Shown piece after piece: positions 37,489 through 48,240 of a stretch of 64,000 bases of DNA. Numbering within the stretch: the first letter of the stretch is position 1; each line of letters starts with the position of its first letter. Under the pieces are notes generated by a model, which saw only the letters and a program-made list of their open reading frames with translations, was not told the DNA's origin and did not search any database. The translations under genes and the position numbers were made by a program. Source of the DNA: Mobula hypostoma (taxonomy: Eukaryota). The DNA lies in the NCBI RefSeq assembly GCF_963921235.1, contig NC_086114.1:35154001-35218000 (forward strand). The letters run 5' to 3'.

Positions 37489-40487
37489 AAGGAGAAAAGT
37501 AAAAGTGGCAGGCCGACAAATCCAGGGCAAGCATTAAAAAGGGCCACTTTTCAACATAATTGTATAAGGGCTAAGAGAGTTGTAAAAGAGCGCCTGAAGG
37601 CTTTGTGTGTCAATGCCAGGAGCATTCGTAATAAGGTGGATGAATTGAAAGTGCAGATTGTTATTAATGATTATGATATAGTTGGGATCACAGAGACATG
37701 GCTCCAGGGTGACCAGGGATGGGAGCTCAACGTTCAGGGATATTCAATATTCAGGAGGGATAGACGTGAAGGAAGGGGAGGTGGGGTGGCGTTGCTGGTT
37801 AAAGAAGAGATTAACGCAATAGAAAGGAAAGACATAAGCCGGGAAGATGTGGAATCGATATGGGTAGAGCTGCGTAACACTAAGGGGCAGAAGACGCTGG
37901 TGGGAGTTGTGTACAGGCCACCTAACAGTAGTAGTGAGGTCGGAGATGGTATTAAACAGGAAATTAGAAATGTGTGCAATAAAGGAACAGCAGTTATAAT
38001 GGGTGACTTCAATCTACATGTAGACTGGGTGAACCAAATTGGTAAAGGTGCTGAGGAAGAGGATTTCTTGGAATGTATGCGGGATGGTTTTTTGAACCAA
38101 CATGTCGAGGAACCAACTAGAGAGCAGACTATTCTGGACTGGGTTTTGAGCAATGAGGAAGGGTTAATTAGCAATCTTGTCGTGAGAGGCCCCTTGGGTA
38201 AGAGTGACCATAATATGGTGGAATTCTTTATTAAGATGGAGAGTGACATAGTTAATTCAGAAACAAAGGTCCTGAACTTAAAGAGGGGTAACTTTGAAGG
38301 TATGAGACGTGAATTAGCTAAGATAGACTGGCAAATGACACTTAAAGGATTGACGGTGGATATGCAGTGGCAAGCATTTAAAGGTTGCATGGATGAACTA
38401 CAACAATTGTTCATCCCAGTTTGGCAAAAGAATAAATCAAGGAAGGTAGTGCACCCGTGGCTGACAAGAGAAATTAGGGATAGTATCAATTCCAAAGAAG
38501 AAGCATACAAATTAGCCAGAGAAAGTGGCTCACCTGAGGACTGGGAGAAATTCAGAGTTCAGCAGAGGAGGACAAAGGGCTTAATTAGGAAGGGGAAAAA
38601 AGATTATGAGAGAAAACTGGCAGGGAACATAAAAACGGACTGTAAAAGCTTTTATAGATATGTAAAAAGGAAAAGACTGGTAAAGACAAATGTAGGTCCC
38701 CTGCAGACAGAAACAGGTGAATTGATTATGGGGAGCAAGGACATGGCAGACCAATTGAATAATTACTTTGGTTCTGTCTTCACTAAGGAGGACATAAATA
38801 ATCTTCCAGAAATAGTAAGGGACAGAGGGTCCAGTGAGATGGAGGAACTGAGCGAAATACAAGTTAGTAGGGAAGTGGTGTTACGTAAATTGAAGGGATT
38901 GAAGGCAGATAAATCCCCAGGGCCAGATGGTCTGCATCCTAGAGTGCTTAAGGAAGTAGCCCAAGAAATAGTGGATGCATTAGTGATAATTTTTCAAAAC
39001 TCGTTAGATTCTGGACTAGTTCCTGAGGATTGGAGGGTGGCTAATGTAACCCCACTTTTTAAAAAAGGAGGGAGAGAGAAACCGGGGAATTATAGACCGG
39101 TTAGCCTAACATCGGTGGTGGGGAAACTGCTGGAGTCAGTTATCAAGGATGTGATAACAGCACATTTGGAAAGCGGTGAAATGATCGGACAAAGTCAGCA
39201 TGGATTTGTGAAAGGAAAATCATGTCTGACGAATCTCATAGAATTTTTTGAGGATGTAACTAGTAGAGTGGATAGGGGAGAACCAGTGGATGTGGTATAT
39301 TTGGATTTTCAAAAGGCTTTTGACAAGGTCCCACACAGGAGATTAGTGTGCAAACTTAAAGCACACGGTATTGGGGGTAAGGTATTGGTGTGGGTGGAGA
39401 ATTGGTTAGCAGACAGGAAGCAAAGAGTGGGAATAAACGGGACCATTTCAGAATGGCAGGCGCTGACTAGTGGGGTACCGCAAGGCTCAGTGCTGGGACC
39501 CCAGTTGTTTACAATATATATTAATGACTTGGATGAGGGAATTAAATGCAGCATCTCCAAGTTTGCAGATGACACGAAGCTGGGTGGCAGTGTTAGCAGT
39601 GAGGAGGATGCTAAGAGGATGCAGGGTGACTTGGATAGGTTGGGTGAGCGGGCAAATTCATGGCAGATGCAATTTAATGTGGATAAATGTGAAGTTATCC
39701 ACTTTGGTGGCAAAAATAGGAAAACAGATTATTATCTGAATGGTGGCCGATTAGGAAAAGGGGAGGTGCAACGAGACCTGGGTGTCATTATACACCAGTC
39801 ATTGAAAGTGGGCATGCAGGTACAGCAGGCGGTGAAAAAGGCGAATGGTATGCTGGCATTCATAGCAAGAGGATTCGAGTACAGGAGCAGGGAGGTACTA
39901 CTGCAGTTGTACAAGGCCTTGGTGAGACCACACCTGGAGTATTGTGTGCAGTTTTGGTCCCCTAATCTGAGGAAAGACATCTTTGCCATAGAGGGAGTAC
40001 AAAGAAGGTTCACCAGATTGATTCCTGGGATGGCAGGACTTTCATATGAAGAAAGACTGGATGAACTGGGCTTGTACTTGTTGGAATTTAGAAGATTGAG
40101 GGGGGATCTGATTGAAACGTATAAGATCCTAAAGGGATTGGACAGGCCAGATGCAGGAAGGTTGTTCCCGATGTTGGGGAAGTCCAGAACGAGGGGTCAC
40201 AGTTTGAGGATAGAGGGGAAGCCTTTTAGGACCGAGATTAGGAAAAACTTCTTCACACAGAGAGTGGTGAATCTGTGGAATTCTCTGCCACAGGAAACAG
40301 TTGAGGCCAGTTCATTGGCTATATTTAAGAGGGAGTTAGATATGGCCCTTGTGGCTATGGGGGTCAGGGGGTATGGAGGGAAGGCTGGGGCGGGGTTCTG
40401 AGTTGGATGATCAGCCATGATCATAATAAATGGCGGTGCAGGCTCGAAGGGCCGAATGGCCTACTCCTACTTTCTATGTTTCTATGT
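37489..40487 (+). mobile_element. Young CR1 LINE lacking ORF1/5' UTR, antisense in eif4ebp2 intron 2
   Basis: Uninterrupted ORF2, CR1 3' UTR and a (TTTCTATG)x2 tail. Confidence 0.95.
37603..40401 (+). CDS. CR1 ORF2: APE endonuclease plus reverse transcriptase (932 codons, TTG start in the track)
   Basis: APE motifs (NARS, ITETWL, GDFN, SDH) and RT motifs (NYRPVSL, QHGF, YLDFQKAFDKV, GVPQGSVLGP, FADD), with no stops. Confidence 0.93.
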   Translation: MCVNARSIRNKVDELKVQIVINDYDIVGITETWLQGDQGWELNVQGYSIFRRDRREGRGGGVALLVKEEINAIERKDISREDVESIWVELRNTKGQKTLVGVVYRPPNSSSEVGDGIKQEIRNVCNKGTAVIMGDFNLHVDWVNQIGKGAEEEDFLECMRDGFLNQHVEEPTREQTILDWVLSNEEGLISNLVVRGPLGKSDHNMVEFFIKMESDIVNSETKVLNLKRGNFEGMRRELAKIDWQMTLKGLTVDMQWQAFKGCMDELQQLFIPVWQKNKSRKVVHPWLTREIRDSINSKEEAYKLARESGSPEDWEKFRVQQRRTKGLIRKGKKDYERKLAGNIKTDCKSFYRYVKRKRLVKTNVGPLQTETGELIMGSKDMADQLNNYFGSVFTKEDINNLPEIVRDRGSSEMEELSEIQVSREVVLRKLKGLKADKSPGPDGLHPRVLKEVAQEIVDALVIIFQNSLDSGLVPEDWRVANVTPLFKKGGREKPGNYRPVSLTSVVGKLLESVIKDVITAHLESGEMIGQSQHGFVKGKSCLTNLIEFFEDVTSRVDRGEPVDVVYLDFQKAFDKVPHRRLVCKLKAHGIGGKVLVWVENWLADRKQRVGINGTISEWQALTSGVPQGSVLGPQLFTIYINDLDEGIKCSISKFADDTKLGGSVSSEEDAKRMQGDLDRLGERANSWQMQFNVDKCEVIHFGGKNRKTDYYLNGGRLGKGEVQRDLGVIIHQSLKVGMQVQQAVKKANGMLAFIARGFEYRSREVLLQLYKALVRPHLEYCVQFWSPNLRKDIFAIEGVQRRFTRLIPGMAGLSYEERLDELGLYLLEFRRLRGDLIETYKILKGLDRPDAGRLFPMLGKSRTRGHSLRIEGKPFRTEIRKNFFTQRVVNLWNSLPQETVEASSLAIFKRELDMALVAMGVRGYGGKAGAGF

Positions 40488-40910
40488 TTTCCTCAGGGTG
40501 CTCTGGTTTCCTCCAACATTCCACAGACATATGGTTAGGTTTAGTGAGTTGGGGCATGCTAAGTGAAGTGTGCTGAAACTTGCGGGCTGCCGCAACACAT
40601 ATTCAGACTGTGTTGGTTGTTGACACAAACAATGCAGTTCAGTATATGTTTCCATGTACATGTGACAAATAACGCCAATCTTTACCTTCAAAATATCAAA
40701 TAATTAAACTATTAAGATTGCATTAAATTTACTGGATCAGCAATCATTGATGGTGTACCCAACCGCTGATCTGTTCTGATCCTTGCAATCTCCCCAGCAT
40801 CTCCAATTTATGAATTAATGAGAAAAAATTAAGTCAGTCTAGTTTTTTTCCTCTCCCCCCCCCCCCATTGTCCCCACAACTCCCTGTAGTTTAAAATCAC
40901 CATATCTCAC

Positions 40911-41084
40911 CAGTGGATGATTTTCCTTCACTGTGAGCAGCATTGTTTGCTTCTGCCTTGGTATCTTCAGCAATGCCAGGGGTTGTTACACCTGGGATGT
41001 GCGGGAGGTAACGAGGTGGAGTCTTTGCAATTGGAGAATGACGGCAGTCCATAAGAAACTTCCGATCGTAAATAATCCGGGTGC
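40911..41084 (-). CDS. eif4ebp2: eIF4E-binding protein 2, exon 2; absent from the ORF track
   Basis: TTTCAG|..(G)[57 protein letters not shown]..|GTGAGA. Contains the YxxxxL-phi eIF4E-binding motif and the IPGVT motif. Confidence 0.96.
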
Positions 41085-43809
41085 CTGAAATAGCAAAATT
41101 AAATTTTACAGATAAAATCCCACATAATTACTCAGATGACTGCACATTAAGTGTTAAATCCTTTAACAAGCCTACGATAGGTGGAGTGGGGGCTTATTAG
41201 AATGCTATCAGTTATGAAGGACATCTGGTACAAGAAGACACTAGCTGTTCTCTATGGATACAAAAAGTCTGCTCAGTGTTATGACTGAGGCATTTAAAAC
41301 TATTAAAAGGTTATAACAGGTGTAAACAGTAAGTAAAACTATTTCTACTCAGGGAAAGAATAAAATCACAACACAGACTAAAGGTAAACTGCCTAAATAG
41401 AAGGGAGATGTGGAGTTTTTCCTTTTAAAAATGTAAGCACACTGAATTTTCCTGGAGCTGGAATACACAACCTGAAGGCTTTCTTTAAGGAAACTGGATA
41501 AATATAAAATTCATTGTGCTATGAGGAAAGAGGAGAGGAAGAGGATTTATCAAAGAAATGAAAAAGGCATAACGGAGAAAATGGCCTTTTCTTATGCTAT
41601 AACTTTCTATAATCCTAACTCCAATACGTGATCTGAAAAACAGCATTCTTCAATAGAAAGCTGCATCCAAGCATTGTTCTAGACATGCGAATTAATTTTA
41701 GCTAGAATGCATTAACCAACATTGCCCAAATGTAAACAACAGGAATTCTACAGATGCTGGAAATTCAAGCAACTTTTGTGTGTGTTGCCCAAATGTGATG
41801 TGGTCCTCTGAAGGACTCAAAGATCAAAAATATTCTCACATACTGCTTTCATTTTATCATTAAAATCCGCAGATAAAAGTAGCTTCTCCAACTTATGCTT
41901 TTGCAAATTTAAAATTCACATACCAACTGTGTAAGTCCAGGTATTGAGATCACATGTCCATTTTGCTCATCACAAGTGCAATTAGCCTTGTATGGGCTGT
42001 GACTAACTCTATGGGTAACACCAACTGTAGTAGGGCAGGACTAAGTAGGGATAATATTTCTGACATTTCCAGATCTGTGCGTCTCTAGAAAATGCTGGGG
42101 AATTTATTGATTACCATTATAATTCAAACTCTTTTCATCCACTGGATCAAAATAACAACAGCTAGCAAGTATTTAATAATTTCCAAAAATGAAAGGCTAA
42201 GTATTGGAGGAAAATGAGTTTCGTCAATATTATCATCCTAAATCTATGGTCCAAGAGATGAACAATCACATGGCATAATGATAACTTCCACGTCTTCACA
42301 CTTTCCTATCTCTTTTATTTCTGTGCCTTCAGATGACAATAACCCCTAGGACTGGAGAAATCCATCTTTTCCGATGCTCCAGGGTCATGCCCAACATTGT
42401 CAAAAGTATACAAAATTGCTGTTTACATTGATACAGAACCAATACTCTCAAACTGCAATAACAGCCTTTGTGACCCGAGGCAAAAACTTCAAATTTAAAC
42501 TCCTCTATTTCATATAAATGTCACTTGAAATCAGAAATTTATCTTGAAGTAAGGAACAGCAATACTTTGCTATATAAAACTGGTAACCTTCAGTTGTAAG
42601 TAATACCTTTGCACGCCTCACTCATTTTAGCATTTGTCTGTTTTATGAGAGAGTTGCTAGCTCTACCCTCAACCCAGCATGGATGGAAAGCGTGCAAGGA
42701 GCTAGTCTGATTCGAACCCAGGACTACTTGCTCCAAAGTCCAGTGCAGATGCTACTACACCTTCAATTGTGCCAACCAGTTTTTGACTATGTAGTTAATA
42801 TTCCGTCTGCTGGTCTATTCATCTCTGTCTCTGATAGCATCAGATCTTTCCTGGCTCAATATAATGCATTTTCATTTTTCAGTACTGCGAGCAGTCAGTA
42901 CGCTAATAACAAAGTCCTACTAATTCTGCCTCAAAGCATTTCCTCTCACAACTACAATGTCTTAACAGAAGGGCTGCTGACTTCTTGTCTAGTGCTCAGA
43001 ATCACCCCAAAACATCACAGCATAACCCAAACGCTTTCTTAAAGTTGTACATGTTGTTAATTTCATCCCCATGCATAGAGCCATAGTATTACAGAGCATG
43101 GAATAGAATTCCTGTAATCAATGCTCATCACACTTCTGCAAAAGGCACAATGGAATTTCTTTTCCGGACTGGACTACAACAATGAATGATTCATTCACTT
43201 TAGAACACGGCAGGTAGGTCTGCCTAATTATAATGGCACAGATTCTTCTAACTAGCAGTAATCATCCCCAAAGCCATTACATTTCTCTGACTAAAACGTG
43301 CCCCTGGTTTCTCAACAGATATTTCACCATTCAGGGCAACAAGGAAACATCAATAATATGAGAAACATAACAATATTACCTCATCTCTAAGTTTGCCTAA
43401 TTTTTTTAAACACAGAATTCAGATTATTATCTTTATATTGCACACATGCATGTCTGAGGCTCCACTTATTGTTGGAGATACCAATACACGAAGACGGAAC
43501 CTGGGAACCTAAACTCCTCTCAGTTTGAAAACAAAAACAGTTCTTCTGAACAGCAGGCCTCAGGTATTGCTATCAGATGATTCAGTGGACAAAATTAGAA
43601 CCTACTCGATTCGGATTGGTTAGAGCTAACACCTGTAGCTCACCACCTCCAATCAAAATCAGAGGTTTTTTAAATTCCAGAAACAAAATTTAGTCATAAT
43701 AAACAAATGTACAGAAGAAATAGTGCAAAGCTTTTACATTCATAGTCAATACATTCAGTTGTGTTAATTTATCTTTTTTTTTTAAAAAATCATAGTACCA
43801 CTATCACGT

Positions 43810-44135
43810 ATGTGGCCCCCTGGGATGATAGACCATTTCAAATGCTTAAGGAGTTTCCCCAACTCGACTCAGCCCCTCCACGTGTGGCACCAGAAGGGGC
43901 CTAGACTGGGGTCCTTCAGAGACCCTGCATTAGCCGCATCAAGCTTCAGTGGCACCCCACAGCACAATCTCCTGCATCCTGGAATTTGCCAGTTGACAGC
44001 ATTCCCTTACAGTTATCTCACCACGCTGGAAGACCAACAAATTTCGGGCAGACCAAAGGATGTCTTTCGTGACCTTCCGGCAGAATTGAAGTCTGTTCTG
44101 ATGCATGCTCCTGAGAACAGCCCGTAGATGTGACA
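43810..44135 (-). mobile_element. L1/Tx1-like LINE 3' fragment
   Basis: KDILWSARNLLVFQRGEITVRECCQLANSRMQE; homologous to the fragment at ~7900-8300. Confidence 0.6.
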
Positions 44136-45899
44136 CGTGACTATCAGAATCCCTTCTCAACTTCAGAAGAATGTCAGATTCAGGTTTATTATTGCTCAGA
44201 TTCACTCTAAACCTCCTACCCTATGTCCTCTCGTTTCAGACATTCTCGACTTTGGGGGAAAGTATTCCCACCGCCTAGCCATAATTTTGTTGTCAATCAG
44301 GATGCTCCTCAAGGAAAATAAATACGCTTACTCTCGATGAGACATTTGGCAGAAATGATCATCTTTTTATTATGAGGGGGGTTTAAGCAACCAAGAAGTG
44401 GCACTGCATGCCATGTGACAACACAATTTTTGCTTGTGACATTTTCGCCACACATTCTATAGGTTACCCACCCATGATTAGACCATGCTATTAAAAAAAT
44501 AATTCCAGTCTGTAACTGGATAACGGTTTCCAATTTATGAGTGGCTTTTTGATATTACACACTGCCCAATCATTACATGAGATATACATCCCTTCATACT
44601 TTGCTATCTTAAAAAACAGATGAATCTTAAATCTTTAAAGTTTCATTGTATCTGCAGTACATACTCTTCTTCAGGCCACAAGATTTAATGATTCACACAT
44701 ACAACACTCAAGATCTTATACCATTAAAAATCTTTAACCAGAAGGCAGATAACATTTTGACTGGACCATTCATCAGTTCTGATTTTTATCTCTCTGGTCT
44801 TCATTCTTATATCTGTTGAAACAAATCCAGAAGAATACAATATACTTGATATGAATACATCAGCATACTTTCAACTGAGGCAAGCCCAATTGCTCTTCGG
44901 ACTTGTATGAGCATGAGTAGAACAAATATTATTACTATTAGAAGCCTGCCTTAATACAGTGGCTATACCTGACTCTCCGATAAACTTTCCCATGTTGTGA
45001 CATTCCCATATTGTCTCAAAGACTGGGGCAGGAATTTTAAAAGTTTTATTCTCCTTTGCTGAAATGAAGGAATCTGTTGATATTCCACAGTATTGTATTT
45101 TACTAACTCAGTTAAAAAGTTGCCAGAATAACAAGAGACTTATCGTCTTGGCAACAAGTGCACATTTTCCATTAATAATTCTTCAACTACACCTCCCCAC
45201 CCATCGCAGAATCATATTTACTTCACTTCCCAGAGTAGCACGGGGATCACTCTTGTCCAATTCGGTTTTCATCAGTGTTTTAAGGTTAAAACTCTGCACC
45301 ATACTGTATTTATGAAGAATCAGGTAGCGACTAGAAGTGATACGAGTTTTTTTTTGTCGTTACAGTCAAAATGTTTTATCTAGTAAATAAACAGGCAGTC
45401 TAACCCCTTTCAATCGTATCCAAGTCCATTGCTGCTGTCAAACACATCATAAACAAATAATTTCTCCCAAAGGAAAAATTTCTCTCCCCTGCTTTGTCCT
45501 CCCTCCATTTCGGATTTCGCGTTGCACGGTAGAGCATTTTGAGATACTGGGAACACAGCAGTCATCAGCCACTTCATTTCACGTCAAGGAATCAAATCCC
45601 ACCCAACATCAGTGGGACAAGGCCAGAGCAGTACTGAGAAAGTGCCGCACAGAGATTCGGACCAGTCTTTCAGAAGAAACTTTAAACATAGCGGTCTCCC
45701 CCCCCTCAAGCAGTTGCAAAAGGAATTATTTCAAATGGGGTTAAGGAGTGTGCCTAATGTCTCTCTTTGTATCCACATCACAAAAACAAGTTCTGGTGAA
45801 GGTGCTCGGATCCAAGATGTTAACTGCCTCTATGTGCCTGACCTGCAGAGTTTTTTCACGCATTCTCTGCTTTTATTTCACTAACACGAACCATCTATT

Positions 45900-47430
45900 C
45901 CGCATACAGTGAAAGCCTGCCGTGTCCATGTTGGATCCCGTATTTCCCACATTACGACTGCATTTTAAACACAGGATTACCCCATTGGCTATAAAGCGCT
46001 TGGGACGTCCTGTGCTCGAGGAAAGCACCAATTAAATGCGAAGTTACCATCACCTGATTAAGTTAGAAAAATTCTTTTGTTGTGATTTATCGACTTATAG
46101 TTTGGTGGGACTCGCTTCGATTTTCATATTTGATCTATCCCTTGAAGCGTTCTGATTCTACCTCGATGTTCCCTCAATATAGCCCCCCTACCCAGTCACG
46201 CAGAGACTGGACAGGGATTAATCAAAAGGCAGAAGGTTTGGCAGGGGGAGGCGGGTGTTGCTGACTCGGTTCGTGCGCGACGGACGGGACGAGACCAGAT
46301 CACAAGAGCCAGACACAAAAATCCAACCTCTGGGGAAAGGAGCGAGGCAAAACAAACGCCAGCGCAATCACTTTCCCATTCAGATGCAACACTGACATTT
46401 AACAAGAGCCCGAAATCCTAAAAAAAAACCACTCGCACAGACCGAGTGATCACAGCAAACAGGAAACTCGTCGCAGCGGAGCGGGCCCGAAATCGAGCAG
46501 CGAATTCAGCCAGCCCCATCCGCCGCCTCGAAGCGTGCACTTAAAATAAAATCGGCGAATACAAAATAAAAGTGTGCAACATTGCCGCACAGATGCATTA
46601 ATCCTTATTTGGCAACGGTACGCTTGCATTTTGCCAAAATATCTATGCAGGTTACTAAAAGTTCGCTCAGGCTCGACAGCACGAGGTTCTGCCTCTTGGC
46701 AAACGGCCTGCACTCTGGTTTGCTTTTCTACCGACAGGACGGACAAATCTGCACAACGGAAACTGAATCGAGCTGAAAATGATCACAGATATAGCACTTG
46801 GTTTCTTTCTGCAATCGCAGCCGTCTTAAGGTTCCTCCACCCACTTTTTAACGGATTTAAAGGGCAGCACTCGGAATAGGCCGCTGCACATTTGCCGGAT
46901 TTGCTGATGACATGAACCCCAAACCGGAGCCGGGAAGGTTGCATTATTAATTGTTAATATGTATTTACCTCCCGGAGTGGTGGAGAACAGCGTTCCTCCC
47001 GGTGTAGTGCAATAATCATGAGGTAGCTGCGTTGCATCATTCAGAATCACTGTCCTGGTGGGGATTACACGACATTCGCTTTGCTGGCAACCTGCAGACA
47101 TCTTCGTTTCTCCTTAAATTTTGTTTTTAAGGCAAAAGAAAAGTTCAACGCTTTAATCGCGTTCTATTTCAGTCTTTTAGCCTTTAGCACACGTCCAACC
47201 CTCACCCTGCAGTGAAGCAAACTCCAGGCAGCACCGCCTACTGGCTGCCTCTTGCTGCGAGACGAGAGGAAAGGCGCACAGCCAGCAGAACTTCACAGTT
47301 AAGGATTGCCATCTTTAAAGGGACCCTACTCTTCGTGAATGTTTGCTCTCTGATTAATGCAAATATACAATCAAAACATGAGAAATCCCGGAGGTTCTTG
47401 ACAGGGTGAAGGTGCAGACGGCGGTTCATT
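45900..47430. promoter_or_regulatory. CpG-rich island covering the eif4ebp2 promoter, exon 1 and the start of intron 1
   Basis: Visibly high CpG density relative to the flanks. YY1-like GCCATCTT at 47308-47315. Confidence 0.7.
46969..47101 (-). CDS. eif4ebp2: eIF4E-binding protein 2, exon 1 of join(47101-46969,41084-40911,34155-34124), 112 aa
   Basis: [44 protein letters not shown], donor G|[24 protein letters not shown] and ED.K.E.NN..GD.AQFEMDI match the 4E-BP2 paralogue better than 4E-BP1 or 4E-BP3. Confidence 0.93.
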
Positions 47431-47469
47431 TTGATGCTTAGAGGTCACTATTTAAAAATAAAGGACCAC

Positions 47470-48240
47470 CCACTTAAGAGAAAGAGATGAGGCGAATCAT
47501 CTTTCTCAGAGTTGCAAGGCACACAATACTTCAAAGAAGGTGGAAGGAGAATCTTTGAGGCAGAGGTAGATAGAATTTTGAAACAAAAAAAGTAGAATGC
47601 AGAAATCAAGTTTCAATTATAAGAGCCATAATTTTGTAATGTGTTGTAGATTTCTATGTTCTATGACTACAGAGCAATGGCAGATGGAATTCAATTAAAA
47701 TGGAGGACATTTTGGGGGGGGACTAAGGATAGGATACACGTAATAAGTGGTAAGATCCCCAGGAGTACTGAGGAGTAGAGGAGGTACTTACCTTCATTAG
47801 TCTGGGCAGGGATGTTACAGTTCAGCTCCATAAAACGTTAGTTCATCTACAGCTGGAGTATTGTACATGGTTCTGGTCATCACACTTTAGGAAGGATATG
47901 ATTGCACTGGAGAGGACAAAAGAGGTTCACCAGAATGTTGTCTGGGATGGAGTGTTTTGGTCATAAAGAGAGAATAGGTGGGGAAAGTTTCAAATATACC
48001 TGACTGAGATATGTAAATTTAGGAGAGAAATAGAAACATTTCCCCGTACCAGGGATGTTTGTACTCAGATGGCAGATGTATAGAAAAGGGATAGGAGATT
48101 TAGAGGGACTTTGAAAAAGAGCTTTTTTTTCACCCTGAAGGTGATGGAATCTGAAAGCACTGTGTGAAGGGGGTGGTGGAGGAAAGCACTTTTGCAACAT
48201 CTAACAGTATTATGGAGCCAATTTTAGTGATGCAGAATAT
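47470..48240 (+). mobile_element. Old CR1 fragments immediately upstream of eif4ebp2
   Basis: Degenerate CR1 3' ORF2 sequence (ATGGCAGATGGAATTCAAT; CTGGAGTATTGTACATGGTTCTGGTC; GAGGTTCACCAGAATGTTG). Confidence 0.65.

Noticed and set aside
47032-47039. ATF4 CARE-like TTGCATCA in eif4ebp2 exon 1
   Set aside because: Explained by the Asn-Asp-Ala-Thr codons. Known ATF4 control concerns EIF4EBP1, and a single 8-mer is insufficient.
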